A stretch of DNA of 64,000 bases from Paracoccaceae bacterium. GTDB lineage: Bacteria; Pseudomonadota; Alphaproteobacteria; Rhodobacterales; Rhodobacteraceae. The stretch spans positions 4,963 through 68,962 of the forward strand of contig JBKBOF010000002.1 in assembly GCA_046294955.1 (NCBI GenBank). The letters are read 5' to 3'. Under the pieces are notes generated by a model that was given only the letters and a program-made list of their open reading frames with translations, made no database searches and was not told the DNA's origin. Within the stretch, counting starts at the first letter, position 1; every line of letters starts with the position of its first letter. Of this stretch, positions 10,330-20,664 are shown piece after piece. Both the position numbers and the translations under genes were made by a program.

Positions 10330-11361
10330 ATGACCGAAAAGACCATCCTCCGCGCGCTTGCCGGCGAAATCCTTCCCACTCCGCCGATCTGGATGATGCG
10401 TCAGGCTGGTCGTTTCCTGCCAGAATACCGCGCAACCCGAGCCAAAGCCGGGGATTTCCTGTCGCTGTGCTATAATTCGGAACTTGCAGCCGAAGTGACA
10501 TTGCAGCCGATTCGGCGCTTTGGGTTTGATGCGGCCATCACCTTTGCCGACATCCTGTTGCTGCCTCAGGCGCTTGGCCCGAAACTTTGGTTTGAAACCG
10601 GCGAAGGCCCGCGGATGGAAACCACCACCACGATGGATCAGGTTCGGGCGCTAAAGCCAAAGGATGCCATCCACGAAACCCTTGCGCCGATTTACGAAAC
10701 CACACGCATCCTGTCCCGCGAATTGCCCCGCGAAACCACACTGATCGGCTTTGCGGGCGCGCCATGGACCGTGGCCACCTACATGATCGCCGGGCGCGGA
10801 TCGAAAGATCAGGGTGCGGCCCATGCCTTGAAGGCCGCAGATCGCGCAACATTTTCGGCATTGATAGACATCATTGCCGATGCGACCGTCGACTACCTGT
10901 CCGAGCAGGTGAAGGCCGGGGCAGAGGTGGTGAAGCTGTTCGACTCATGGGCTGGCAGCCTGAAAGGCGATGATTTCACCGATTTTGCCGTCAAGCCAAC
11001 TGCAAAGATCATTGCGGCCTTGAAGGCCCGTCATCCAGACCTTCCGATCATCGCCTTTCCGCGCGAAGCCGGGGATGGCTATATCGGGTTTGCAAAGGCA
11101 ACCGGGGCGGACTGTGTGGCCATCGACAACTCAGTGACGCCGGAATGGGCGGCCGAGCATGTGCAACCCAGCGGCTGCGTGCAGGGCAATCTGGCCCCCG
11201 ACCATATGGTCACAGGGGGCGAGGCTTTGATCCGCGAAACCCGTCGCGTGGTCGATGCGTTCCGCAAGGGGCCACATATCTTCAACCTTGGGCATGGCAT
11301 CACGCCGGATGGCAAACCCGAAAACGTGCAACTGATGATCGACACGGTGCGCGGCGCGTAA
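10330..11361 (+). CDS. hemE: Uroporphyrinogen decarboxylase
   Basis: [43 protein letters not shown] before ATG 10330. Confidence 0.97.
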   Translation: MTEKTILRALAGEILPTPPIWMMRQAGRFLPEYRATRAKAGDFLSLCYNSELAAEVTLQPIRRFGFDAAITFADILLLPQALGPKLWFETGEGPRMETTTTMDQVRALKPKDAIHETLAPIYETTRILSRELPRETTLIGFAGAPWTVATYMIAGRGSKDQGAAHALKAADRATFSALIDIIADATVDYLSEQVKAGAEVVKLFDSWAGSLKGDDFTDFAVKPTAKIIAALKARHPDLPIIAFPREAGDGYIGFAKATGADCVAIDNSVTPEWAAEHVQPSGCVQGNLAPDHMVTGGEALIRETRRVVDAFRKGPHIFNLGHGITPDGKPENVQLMIDTVRGA

Positions 11362-11382
11362 AGGTCTGCCTTGAGACTAAAA

Positions 11383-11405
11383 GATCTGCCCCTGCCGGGC
11401 AGATC
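11383..11405. terminator. Hairpin between convergent hemE and the hemF-linked ORF (possible bidirectional terminator)
   Basis: GATCTGCCC-ctgcc-GGGCAGATC perfect 9-bp stem. Confidence 0.55.
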
Positions 11406-11766
11406 AGGCGGCCACGAAGGTTGAACCCATCATCTCGGCCAAGGCGGTGAGGGCTTGGTCTGCATCTTCCGTATCTGGGCCAATCAGAACCGAAATGCTT
11501 GTCGCCCATCCGAACTTTGCCGCATCGGCAACACGGATGGAGATTTCCAATCCGGTTTCGTGCAAGGCGATGCGTTCAACCGCATTTTCTGCACCGAAAT
11601 CCTCGTCGCTGACTTCGAACCAGACTGGGCCCCCACCAATGGGCTGACGGAACAGGCAGTAGGGTTCATCCTCTTCTTCGCCCTCGGCAAAACCGATGAA
11701 CAGCAGACCGTCTTCGTCATCTTCGACAACCGAGGCATAGGCCGCACGGATCGTGATATCGGCCAT
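11404..11766 (-). CDS. Acidic hypothetical protein resembling immunity protein 10 (Imm10) family
   Basis: 120 aa, very D/E-rich; ASVVEDDEDGLLFIGFAE..EPYCLFRQ..VWFEVSDEDFG pattern recalls Imm10. Starts 3 nt after the hemF stop. Confidence 0.6.
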   Translation of the reverse strand: MADITIRAAYASVVEDDEDGLLFIGFAEGEEEDEPYCLFRQPIGGGPVWFEVSDEDFGAENAVERIALHETGLEISIRVADAAKFGWATSISVLIGPDTEDADQALTALAEMMGSTFVAA

Positions 11767-11769
11767 GGA

Positions 11770-12630
11770 TCAGGTCCACTTTGCGATGGGGGGCAGGCTC
11801 ATCAGCACCGCGTTGGCATCATGCCCGGTTTCCAGCCCGAACTTGGTGCCCCGGTCGTACACAAGGTTGTATTCTGCATAAAGACCGCGATGCACCAATT
11901 GCGTCTCGCGGTCGGCTTCGGTCCATGCTGTGCCGACCCGGCGTTCAATTAGGGGAACGAAGGCTGGCAAAAAGGCCGAACCAACAGCTTGGGTAAAGGC
12001 GAAATCCGCCTCCCAATCGCCCGTATTCAGATCGTCATAGAATATCCCACCCACGCCACGCGCCCGACCCCGGTGGGGAACAAAAAAGTATTCATCCGCC
12101 CAAGCCTTGAACTTCGTGTAATAGCCTTGATCATGCGCATCACAGGCCCGTTGCATTTCGGCATGAAAATGGGCGGTATCTTCGGCATATTCCAAGGCTG
12201 GGTTGAGGTCTGACCCGCCCCCGAACCACGCCGCATGCGGCGTCCAGAACATGCGCGTGTTCATGTGAACCGCCGGACAATGCGGGTTGACCATGTGCGC
12301 CACAAGGGAAATGCCACTGGCCCAAAACCGTGGATCGGTATCCATGCCCGGCACACCCCGGGCGGCCATCGCCTTTTGCGCCCGCTCGCCCAAGGTTCCG
12401 TGCACCTCGGACACATTGACCCCGATTTTCTCGAAAACACGGCCACCCCGCATCACGCTCATCAATCCGCCACCGCCATCGGCGCGGGTGGTGGGCGTCA
12501 CCTCAAAGCGACCCGGCGTTCCCGTGCCATAGGCATCTTCAAGCCCTTCGAAAGAGGCAACAATCCGATCACGCAACGTGCGAAACCAAGCTGCGGCGCG
12601 GGCTTTTCGCGCATCGAAGTCATCCGTCAT
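11770..12630 (-). CDS. hemF: Oxygen-dependent coproporphyrinogen III oxidase
   Basis: VFEKIGVN, SLVAH..NPHCPAVHMNTR, WFGGGSDL, RGVGGIFYD, RGLYAEYNLVYDRGTKFGL. Confidence 0.97.
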   Translation of the reverse strand: MTDDFDARKARAAAWFRTLRDRIVASFEGLEDAYGTGTPGRFEVTPTTRADGGGGLMSVMRGGRVFEKIGVNVSEVHGTLGERAQKAMAARGVPGMDTDPRFWASGISLVAHMVNPHCPAVHMNTRMFWTPHAAWFGGGSDLNPALEYAEDTAHFHAEMQRACDAHDQGYYTKFKAWADEYFFVPHRGRARGVGGIFYDDLNTGDWEADFAFTQAVGSAFLPAFVPLIERRVGTAWTEADRETQLVHRGLYAEYNLVYDRGTKFGLETGHDANAVLMSLPPIAKWT

Positions 12631-12746
12631 TCCTGCCCCCAAAAAGTGTCTTGCCTCTGCCTAACAAAAGCACGCGCGCCCGCCAACATGGCATTTGCCC
12701 GCAACCCCGGATATAGTGCCGGGCAAAGGGTAGATCGGGGGTCACC

Positions 12747-13145
12747 ATGCGCCGCAGTCTTGTCTTTGTCCTTCTGTTGGCCGGATGCGGCACACCTCAG
12801 GAACGCTGCATTGCGCGCGAAACACGCGACGTGCGCGTCCTCGACCGACTGATTGCCGAAAGCGAAGGCAATCTGAAACGTGGATATGCGCTGGAGGAGG
12901 TGGTGGTTTATCGTGACCGTTGGGTGCGATGCCCTGTCAATGCGTCGCCTGCCCCGGTCGAGGGCACTCCGCCGCCACCACCGCAACTTTGTCTTGATGA
13001 AGTCCGGGACACCGAAACCCGGCCAAAGTCGATCGATCTGAAGGCCGAGGCCAGCAAGCTGGCGTCAATGCGCGCGAAACGGGCTAACGTTCTGCGGGCG
13101 GCACAGCCTGCCATTGCACAATGCAAGGCCGAGTTCCCGCAATAG
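12747..13145 (+). CDS. Hypothetical lipoprotein
   Basis: Lipobox LLAGC, CGTPQERC, additional Cys residues, C-terminal QCKAEFP. Confidence 0.75.
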   Translation: MRRSLVFVLLLAGCGTPQERCIARETRDVRVLDRLIAESEGNLKRGYALEEVVVYRDRWVRCPVNASPAPVEGTPPPPPQLCLDEVRDTETRPKSIDLKAEASKLASMRAKRANVLRAAQPAIAQCKAEFPQ

Positions 13146-13149
13146 ACTA

Positions 13150-13956
13150 TCAGAACGCCGGAATAACCACGCGGTCCAGCAAGCCACGCCCGCCATCGAC
13201 CCGCAAGACTTGCCCGGTCATGAAACCTGACGCATCAGATGCCAGAAATTGCATCACCTCGGTCAATTCGTCGGGGGCCGCGATCCGCCCCATGGGTGTT
13301 CCTGCGACAATGGCTTCGCGCCAATCGGGCGATTCCTTCAAGGACGATTTCAAACTCGCGCTCATCACCGATCCGAACGCAACCGCGTTGACCCGGATGC
13401 CTTTGGGTGCCAACGCGACTGCCAGCGACCGGGTCATCTGATCTACCGCTGCCGCCGCCATCGAATAGCCCAGAAGCTGCGGCTGGGTCTGACACCCGGC
13501 AATAGATGAGATGTTGATGATAGCCCCGATCAATCCGTCAGATTGGGTCTTTTCGGCCTGAATGATCATCCGCTTTGCGGCCATTTGCGACAAGCGCAGG
13601 CTCGTCATCACGTTTTCCTGCCAAAGCATATCGACAGCATCGTCTTCGGCATTCAGCGGATCGGACACCGCCATCCGTCGGCTGGCATTGACCAGAATAT
13701 CCACGCGGTCAAACGCATCGATCGTTGCCGACAAAAGGTTGGCGATGGTCAGCTTTTCCCGAAGATCCCCAACAAACATGCGCACAGACCCTTCGCTGCG
13801 CGCGTCTTCACCCAGTTCTGCTTCCAGACTGGCTTCATCAATATCGACGAACATGACGTTCGCGCCCTTGGCCTGAAAATGGCGCGCAACGGCAAGGCCG
13901 ATTCCCTTGGCCGCACCGGTGACAATGGCGGTTTTACCTGCAATGGAAAGGGACAT
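13150..13956 (-). CDS. SDR family oxidoreductase
   Basis: TGAAKGIG, DILVN, IINISS, GIRVNAV, MTGQVLRVDGG. YxxxK appears as YSMAA. Confidence 0.9.
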   Translation of the reverse strand: MSLSIAGKTAIVTGAAKGIGLAVARHFQAKGANVMFVDIDEASLEAELGEDARSEGSVRMFVGDLREKLTIANLLSATIDAFDRVDILVNASRRMAVSDPLNAEDDAVDMLWQENVMTSLRLSQMAAKRMIIQAEKTQSDGLIGAIINISSIAGCQTQPQLLGYSMAAAAVDQMTRSLAVALAPKGIRVNAVAFGSVMSASLKSSLKESPDWREAIVAGTPMGRIAAPDELTEVMQFLASDASGFMTGQVLRVDGGRGLLDRVVIPAF

Positions 13957-13979
13957 GGGATCCTCGGTTTGGTTTTGGC

Positions 13980-14966
13980 CTAGCGTGCCCGGACAGGGTG
14001 GCTGGCACGGGTCAGCCGGAAAGTCCCGTCGCCGCCAATGTCTTCAACCTGACGGAACAGCGCGGTCAGCGGCTGATGGTAGGGCAAATGGCGATTGGCC
14101 ACCAGCCATAGTGTCCCATCCTGCACAAGCATCCCGGTAGCTGCCCGCAGAAACGACAACCCCAATGCAGGGTCGACATCACGCCCGGTATGGAAGGGCG
14201 GGTTCATGACCACGCTATGCGCCGGACGCAATGGTTTGAAACTGCGCGCATCGGCCCAATGAAACCGGGCACGGGCATCTTCGATATTGCTCTGCGCACA
14301 ATCCAATGCGTCTTGTTCCGCCTCGACAAGGTCAAGCTCAGCCACAGTCGATCGGGTCAGGATCGCGCGTGCCAGATACCCCCAGCCCGCTCCCAGATCG
14401 ACCACCCGGGCACCCAGCTTTTCGGGCAGCGCCTGCGCCAACAAAACAGATCCGCGGTCAGGCCCGTCGGAAGAAAAAACGCCGGGCAATGTTTGAAATC
14501 CGCCCTCGATCAGGCTTGGCCGTGCCTCCCAACCCGGCAGGTCTGCCCCGGCTTGCAGAACAAAGATCTTGCCATGTGCCTTTGACAAAGGCCCCGCCAT
14601 TTGCAGCCCCATGGCACGGCAGTCTTTCATAATACTGTCGATGCCATCAGTCTTCTGACCATCAATAGCCACCGGGCCGCCGGCCACAACCTCGACCATC
14701 GCGCGGGATATCAGCGCACGGGCCGCATGGCGCGATCTGGGCAGGCAGATGATCGCTCCGGCATAGGGTGGGCCTTCGGCGGCCCGATAGCCGCGCGCGG
14801 CAAACCATTCGGCGTCCGGGCGAAAACCTGTGACAATGCGTGTGCGGGCGATGGAAATGCTGGACAGGTCATCACCTTCACGCGGGCGATAAATCACTAT
14901 CGGCCCCTCGGTCGGTAAGACAAAGGCACCACTTTCCAGCGCAAGGTCAAGGCGTGAAGCGTGCAT
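13980..14966 (-). CDS. Class I SAM-dependent methyltransferase (RsmC/MTS-like)
   Basis: PGVFSSDGPDRGS, VDLGAGWG, VMNPPFH, LVANRHLPY. Confidence 0.88.
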   Translation of the reverse strand: MHASRLDLALESGAFVLPTEGPIVIYRPREGDDLSSISIARTRIVTGFRPDAEWFAARGYRAAEGPPYAGAIICLPRSRHAARALISRAMVEVVAGGPVAIDGQKTDGIDSIMKDCRAMGLQMAGPLSKAHGKIFVLQAGADLPGWEARPSLIEGGFQTLPGVFSSDGPDRGSVLLAQALPEKLGARVVDLGAGWGYLARAILTRSTVAELDLVEAEQDALDCAQSNIEDARARFHWADARSFKPLRPAHSVVMNPPFHTGRDVDPALGLSFLRAATGMLVQDGTLWLVANRHLPYHQPLTALFRQVEDIGGDGTFRLTRASHPVRAR

Positions 14967-14990
14967 CACAGGTGCGGAACAGGCAACGGC

Positions 14991-15350
14991 CTATTCCTTC
15001 TCCATTGTGCATTGCAACGGGTGTTGGTGACGCCGGGCAAAATCCATAACCTGCGCAACTTTCGTTTCCGCGACTTCGTGCGAAAAGACCCCAACAACAG
15101 CCAGACCCTTTTTATGGACGGTCAGCATGATATCAAACGCCTGAGCATGACTCAGGCCAAAGAAACGCTCAAGCACATGCACCACGAATTCCATAGGCGT
15201 GTAGTCGTCGTTTAGCAGCATTACCTTATACAACGGCGGCCGTTGTGTGCGGGTCTTGGTCTTGGTCAACAGCCCTGCGTCATCACCCGGTCCATCGGTC
15301 TTGTCCGACATGGAGGTGGGGAAATGGGTCACGGACGGGGCCTCGTTCAT
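14991..15350 (-). CDS. clpS: ATP-dependent Clp protease adaptor
   Basis: [41 protein letters not shown]. Start uncertain (15350 or 15311). Confidence 0.95.
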   Translation of the reverse strand: MNEAPSVTHFPTSMSDKTDGPGDDAGLLTKTKTRTQRPPLYKVMLLNDDYTPMEFVVHVLERFFGLSHAQAFDIMLTVHKKGLAVVGVFSHEVAETKVAQVMDFARRHQHPLQCTMEKE

Positions 15351-15474
15351 TGGGATTCGCTTCAAGACGTTACATCTGCAATATAGCGGATTTTGGCCAC
15401 GGGGAAAGGGCATCACCAGCAGCATTGCGACGAAGCGGTAAACCGGGCATGAACACGACAAGACGGGGGCGTGC

Positions 15475-16185
15475 ATGACACTGACAACAATCGGCTTTGA
15501 TGCGGACGACACGCTATGGCAGAACGAAGCTTTCTTTCGTCTGACCCAAGATCGCTTTGCGGAATTGCTGGCCGGCTTTGCGGAGGCTGACCACCTGCAC
15601 GACCGCCTGATCGCCGCAGAACGGCGCAACCTTGGCCATTACGGCTTCGGGGTAAAAGGCTTTGTCCTGTCGATGATCGAAACCGCGATCGAGGTGACGG
15701 ACGGGCGAGTTCCGGCATCGGTGATCAGTGATCTGATGGCAGCGGGTCGCGATATGCTGCGCCACCCGATCGAGTTGTTGCCGCACGCGCGCGAAGCGGT
15801 GGCCGAACTGGCTGACCAGCACAAAGTGATCCTGATCACCAAAGGTGATTTACTGGATCAGGAACGCAAACTGGCACAGTCTGGCTTGGGCGACCTGTTC
15901 CACAGCGTCGAAATCGTCTCGGATAAAACGGCCGCCGTGTATGACGCGATCTTCGCCCGGCATGGCAGTCGGTCAGAGCAGTCAATGATGGTGGGAAATT
16001 CCCTGAAGTCTGATGTCTTGCCCGTGCTGGATGTGGGCGGCTGGGGTGTGCATGTACCTCATGGTTTGACTTGGGCGCTGGAACAAGCCGAGGCCCCGGA
16101 TGGACACAAACGGTTTCGCCAGTTGACCACATTGGCCGACCTGCCCGATCTGGTGGCCAAGCTGGGTGGCACCCACAAGTATTAG
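15475..16185 (+). CDS. HAD family hydrolase
   Basis: [29 protein letters not shown]. Confidence 0.9.
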   Translation: MTLTTIGFDADDTLWQNEAFFRLTQDRFAELLAGFAEADHLHDRLIAAERRNLGHYGFGVKGFVLSMIETAIEVTDGRVPASVISDLMAAGRDMLRHPIELLPHAREAVAELADQHKVILITKGDLLDQERKLAQSGLGDLFHSVEIVSDKTAAVYDAIFARHGSRSEQSMMVGNSLKSDVLPVLDVGGWGVHVPHGLTWALEQAEAPDGHKRFRQLTTLADLPDLVAKLGGTHKY

Positions 16186-16347
16186 GGGTGACGCGCCTTG
16201 TGGCGCCAACAATTACAACAACTTTAGGAAAAACCGCAAAGTCTTTGAATTTCCGGGGTTTTGCGGAATCGTCTGCTGTGGTAGCGTTCGTGCAAATCAC
16301 GTTCCATAAAAATCGGGACGGACCAAGGCAGAGCAAGGAATTTCATC

Positions 16348-18108
16348 GTGGCAACGCATCTGGGGCGCATCGCCCACAATTTCGTTTGTCTGGTGGCATT
16401 GATCGTGGTGGCGGCCTGTTCGGCCCCCCAGCCCTCCGGTGCGGCCCCCTATGCCGCCATCGTGCAGGATGCGCGAACGGGTGAGGTATTGTTGGCGGAA
16501 AACGCTGATACACGTCTTCACCCGGCGTCGCTGACCAAGATGATGACGCTCTACATCACCTTCGATGAAATTCAGCGCGGCCGCCTTAGCCTTGATACCA
16601 TCGTCACCGTTTCGCAAAATGCTGCTTCGCAGCCACCGTCGCGTCTTGGTCTGAAAGCAGGGCAAAAGGTCGCTGTTCGCTATCTGATCCGCGCGGCAGC
16701 CATCAAATCTGCAAATGACGCTGCATCGGCTTTGGGCGACCACATCGGCGGGGATCAGGAAAAATTTGCAGCCCGCATGAACGCCACCGCCAAGGCGGTG
16801 GGCATGCGGAATTCCACTTTCAAGAATGCAAATGGTCTGACTGCGGCCGGGCACTTGTCCACGGCACGCGACATGAACACCCTTGGCCGTCGATTGTTTT
16901 TCGATTTTCCACAGTATTACAACATCTTCTCGCGTCGCTCCACCGATGCAGGATTGGCCGAGGTGCGCAATACCAACAGTCGTTTTCTGGATGCCTACAA
17001 GGGGGCAGACGGGATCAAGACGGGCTTTACCAACGCGGCCGGCTTCAATCTGACCGCCTCGGCCGAGCGTGGGAATGTGCGCATCATTGCAACTGTTTTT
17101 GGCGGCGCATCCACAGCGGCACGAAACGCAAAGATGGCCGGTTTGATGGACCTTGGCTTCCGCAGGGCACCTGCGAACGCGCCGACCACTGCCCCGCAGC
17201 CGCCATCCTATCAGGCAGATGTCGAATCTGTTCTGATGGCAGAGGCCGATCCGCTGCCAGAAGTTCGGGGCGGGGCCGCCAAGACCATTCGGTTGCAAAT
17301 GGCGGTTGCAAAATCTCCGCGCCCCAATGCGCGACCGAATGAAAGCAAGGTTGCTGCAACCGAAGAAGCCGTGGCCGCGATCGAAGACAGCATTGCCGCC
17401 GCTTTGGCCGAGGCCGTGGCAGAACCACCGCCACCCGGCACGCTGGATGCTCAGGCCGTTGCCCTTGCCGGGGACGTGCCGCTGCAGCAACCTGTCGTCA
17501 CCCCACCGCCACCACGCCCGGAAACCCTGACGGCAGAGGTTGCGCCCGACGCTATAGTGCCACTGCCAGAGCCAGTTCCCGCGGAGCTTGCTGCGGTGCC
17601 CCAGATCACCGAACCCGGCACCTTGCAAGCGCAAGCTGTTGCACTTTCAATGGACAATGACCTTACGGCGCAAGCGAAACAGCTTGCCGCTGCCGAGTCC
17701 GAAGACGTTCTGATCGTTTCGGAACCGGTTCAGGTTGCGGCAGCCATTGCTGCGCCGACGCCCCAAGCCCCACCCGCGCCCAAACGCAACGCACCCATTT
17801 TCGACCGTGTCGCCAGTGCCGGGTCTGCGACCACGGCCGAAGAACCGGTGGTCATCCGGCTTTCGACGTCGAACGCGCGGCACTGGGGCGTGCATCTGGG
17901 CAAGTTCCCCTCCCGGTCCGAGGCCGAACGATTGTTGTTGAAAACGCAATTGGCTGAAAGCGCCACGCTGAATGATGGATTGCGCAAGGTCGTGCAACGC
18001 GGCGGCGGATATGAGGCCAATTTCGTGGGGTTGACGCAGGATCAGGCCGACCTTGCCTGCCGTCGGCTTCAGGCCCGCGCAGTTCAATGCTTCACCATGG
18101 GCCCGTGA
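16348..18108 (+). CDS. D-alanyl-D-alanine carboxypeptidase (S11) with Pro/Ala-rich linker and C-terminal SPOR-like domain
   Basis: PASLTKMM (SxxK), SAND (SxN), IKTG. C-terminal WGVHLGKF..ACRRLQARAVQC. Confidence 0.9.
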   Translation: MATHLGRIAHNFVCLVALIVVAACSAPQPSGAAPYAAIVQDARTGEVLLAENADTRLHPASLTKMMTLYITFDEIQRGRLSLDTIVTVSQNAASQPPSRLGLKAGQKVAVRYLIRAAAIKSANDAASALGDHIGGDQEKFAARMNATAKAVGMRNSTFKNANGLTAAGHLSTARDMNTLGRRLFFDFPQYYNIFSRRSTDAGLAEVRNTNSRFLDAYKGADGIKTGFTNAAGFNLTASAERGNVRIIATVFGGASTAARNAKMAGLMDLGFRRAPANAPTTAPQPPSYQADVESVLMAEADPLPEVRGGAAKTIRLQMAVAKSPRPNARPNESKVAATEEAVAAIEDSIAAALAEAVAEPPPPGTLDAQAVALAGDVPLQQPVVTPPPPRPETLTAEVAPDAIVPLPEPVPAELAAVPQITEPGTLQAQAVALSMDNDLTAQAKQLAAAESEDVLIVSEPVQVAAAIAAPTPQAPPAPKRNAPIFDRVASAGSATTAEEPVVIRLSTSNARHWGVHLGKFPSRSEAERLLLKTQLAESATLNDGLRKVVQRGGGYEANFVGLTQDQADLACRRLQARAVQCFTMGP

Positions 18109-18285
18109 CCACAACACAACACATATGCATGCAATCGTCCCTCAAAAGCAGGCCCACATGAGCGGTCCTGTGGATCCCGGCAGAACGATAGTGTCAGAAC
18201 ATCGTGATGCAGTCTGCCCAATGTCACATGGTCAGACATTCGGCATTGCAAAAATTGGCTAGCGGCCTGTAACCTCTGCCCTTGT

Positions 18286-18444
18286 CTAAGGTTTTGGTTT
18301 GTCGTCCCAGTCCTTGGTCAGAATGCGGTGCGCATCGCCTTCGGGATCGTCGAATTGTTTTGTGCGCATGGCCCAGAAGAACGCGGCCAAGCCGAGTCCC
18401 CCGAGGATCAACGAGACGGGGATCAGGAGTCCGAGGATTTCCAT
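18286..18444 (-). CDS. ccoS: cbb3-type cytochrome oxidase maturation protein (FixS/RdxS)
   Basis: Missing from ORF track (52 aa): MEILGLLIPVSLILGGLGLAAFFWAMRTKQFDDPEGDAHRILTKDWDDKPKP. TAATG overlap with ccoI. Confidence 0.93.
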   Translation of the reverse strand: MEILGLLIPVSLILGGLGLAAFFWAMRTKQFDDPEGDAHRILTKDWDDKPKP

Positions 18445-20660
18445 TACTTCAACCGCAATGCGTTGAGGGACACAGTGATCGACGACAGTGACATAGCCAG
18501 CGCCGCCGCCAAGGGAGTCGCAAGACCGACCAAGGCCAAAGGCACTGCAATCGCGTTATAAATCGCTGAAATGCCAAAGTTCTCGCGAATACGCTTGGTC
18601 GATTGCCCGGCAATACGGACCGCATCCGCGATGGGGGCCATATCCTGCCCCAACAGAACGATATCGGACGCTACCCGTGCGGCATCAAGCGCGGACGCAG
18701 GCGAGATCGACACATGCGCCGACGCCAATGCGGCAGTGTCGTTCAGACCGTCACCCACCATCAGAACCTTGCGCCCCTGCGCTGTCAAAGCCGCGACAGT
18801 CTGCGCCTTTTCGGCAGGCAATGCCCCTGCTGTCCAATCTTTGATACCCAGTCGGAGTGCCAGATCACGCACGGCACCCTCGGTGTCGCCAGAGATCAGC
18901 TTGATATCCTTGCCTTGCGCCTTCAGGGCGGCAACGGCAGACTCAGCCCCAGGACGCAACCGATCCGCAAAGGTAAAGGCACGCGGGGCGCCATCGCCGG
19001 TGCACAGATAGGTGGCGGTAACATCCAACCCCTGACCACCACACCATTCTGCGCGACCAAGGCGAACATTGCCCCCCTTCCACACACCCTCGATGCCATA
19101 CCCCGGCACTTCGCGAATATCTTCGACCCGCTCCGGGCGGATACCGGCCGACCGCGCACCTTCGGCCAAAGCCATGGCGAGCGGATGCGACGACGCGCTG
19201 GCCAAGGCCATTGCCACCTCAAGCGCCGGGCGCGGATGGGTGCCAAGGTTGGTCGGTTCCGGTGCGCCCATCGTCAGTGTTCCGGTCTTGTCAAACACCA
19301 CCGTATCCACCTCGGACAAACGCTCCAGTGCCGTGCCTTGCTTGATCAGCAGACCTTTGCGGAACAGCCGCCCGCTTGCAGAGGTAACGACCGCTGGCAC
19401 GGCCAGACCCAAGGCACAGGGGCAGGTAATGATCAGTACAGCGGCCGAAATGTTGACCGCGTAACGCAGATCGCCGCCGGTCTGCCACATCCAGAACCCG
19501 AAAGCCCCAAATGACAGGATATGAACAAGGGGCGAATACCATGACGCCGCGCGCTCTGCCAAACTGGTGTATTTCGTCCGCGCACTTTCGGCCACGGCGA
19601 CCAGATCAGCCATACGGTGCAGACTGCTGTCCTTTCCGGCGGCTGTCACTCGCAGCGTCAGGGGGCCTGTCAGGTTGACCTCGCCTGTCGACACCGACAT
19701 GCCAACACCGGCGTAAACCGGCAGTGATTCTCCGGTCAGCAGCGACCGGTCCAATTCCGATGTGCCCTCGAGGATCGTGCCGTCAACGGGCATCCGTCCA
19801 CCGGGGCGGACCCGCACCAGATCACCGACCTGCACTTCGGTAATGCCGACCACGACTTCGGCACCGTCACGAAGGACCGTGGCGCGCGGCACCTCAAGCG
19901 CGGCAAGTTCTTCGGCGGCTGATCGCGCCACGGCCCGCGTGCGGTGATCAAGATAGCGACCAAGCAGAAGGAAGAATGTGAGCATCACGGCAGCATCAAA
20001 ATAAGCATGACGACCCGACAACCATGTTTCAAACAGTGAAATCGAAGACGCAAGAATCAGCGCCAGACTGATCGGCACATCCATGCCCAACCGCCCAACC
20101 CGCAAACTCGCCCATGCGGATTTGAAAAAGGGTTGGCCGGAAAATACCACCGTCGGCAACGCAATCGCAGCTGAAATCCAATGAAACATGTCGCGCGTCG
20201 CCGCATCCGCCCCCGACCAGACAGCGACCGACAGCAGCATTACGTTCATCATCGAAAAGAATGCCACCCCCAACCGCATCAGCAGATCGCGGCCCTGCCG
20301 GTCGGTTTCAGTGGACGACAAAAGACCGGGGTCAAGCTCATGCGCTTCGTAACCGACCCCGGCCGCAGCCGTGATCAGCGTTTCGGCCGTGACCTCTGGC
20401 TCGGCCTCGACGCTGACACGCTTCAGCGTCAGGTTGACACGGGCCGAGATCACCCCAGGCACCGCCTGCATGGCATGTTCAACTGTTGAAATGCAGACAG
20501 CGCAATGGGCTTGTGGCAAAGACAGCATAAGTCGGGCAGATGTCGGTTGTGACATCTGTGCAATGCGTTCTGCAGACGGGGCCGCAACACAGGCCGGGCA
20601 CGCAGACAGGCTTGCCCGGCCTGTGTCGGCGCTTTCCAACGGACCTGCTGCCAACGTCAT
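18444..20660 (-). CDS. ccoI: Cu-translocating P1B-type ATPase (FixI/RdxI)
   Basis: CPAC, CAVC HMA domain, TGES, CPCALGLAVP, DKTGTLT, GDGLND. Confidence 0.95.
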   Translation of the reverse strand: MTLAAGPLESADTGRASLSACPACVAAPSAERIAQMSQPTSARLMLSLPQAHCAVCISTVEHAMQAVPGVISARVNLTLKRVSVEAEPEVTAETLITAAAGVGYEAHELDPGLLSSTETDRQGRDLLMRLGVAFFSMMNVMLLSVAVWSGADAATRDMFHWISAAIALPTVVFSGQPFFKSAWASLRVGRLGMDVPISLALILASSISLFETWLSGRHAYFDAAVMLTFFLLLGRYLDHRTRAVARSAAEELAALEVPRATVLRDGAEVVVGITEVQVGDLVRVRPGGRMPVDGTILEGTSELDRSLLTGESLPVYAGVGMSVSTGEVNLTGPLTLRVTAAGKDSSLHRMADLVAVAESARTKYTSLAERAASWYSPLVHILSFGAFGFWMWQTGGDLRYAVNISAAVLIITCPCALGLAVPAVVTSASGRLFRKGLLIKQGTALERLSEVDTVVFDKTGTLTMGAPEPTNLGTHPRPALEVAMALASASSHPLAMALAEGARSAGIRPERVEDIREVPGYGIEGVWKGGNVRLGRAEWCGGQGLDVTATYLCTGDGAPRAFTFADRLRPGAESAVAALKAQGKDIKLISGDTEGAVRDLALRLGIKDWTAGALPAEKAQTVAALTAQGRKVLMVGDGLNDTAALASAHVSISPASALDAARVASDIVLLGQDMAPIADAVRIAGQSTKRIRENFGISAIYNAIAVPLALVGLATPLAAALAMSLSSITVSLNALRLK

Positions 20661-20664
20661 GACA

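Noticed and set aside
14991-15350. clpS without adjacent clpA
   Set aside because: To my knowledge clpS is commonly separated from clpA in Rhodobacteraceae. hspQ, a ClpS/Lon modulator, is 45 kb away, so no linkage.
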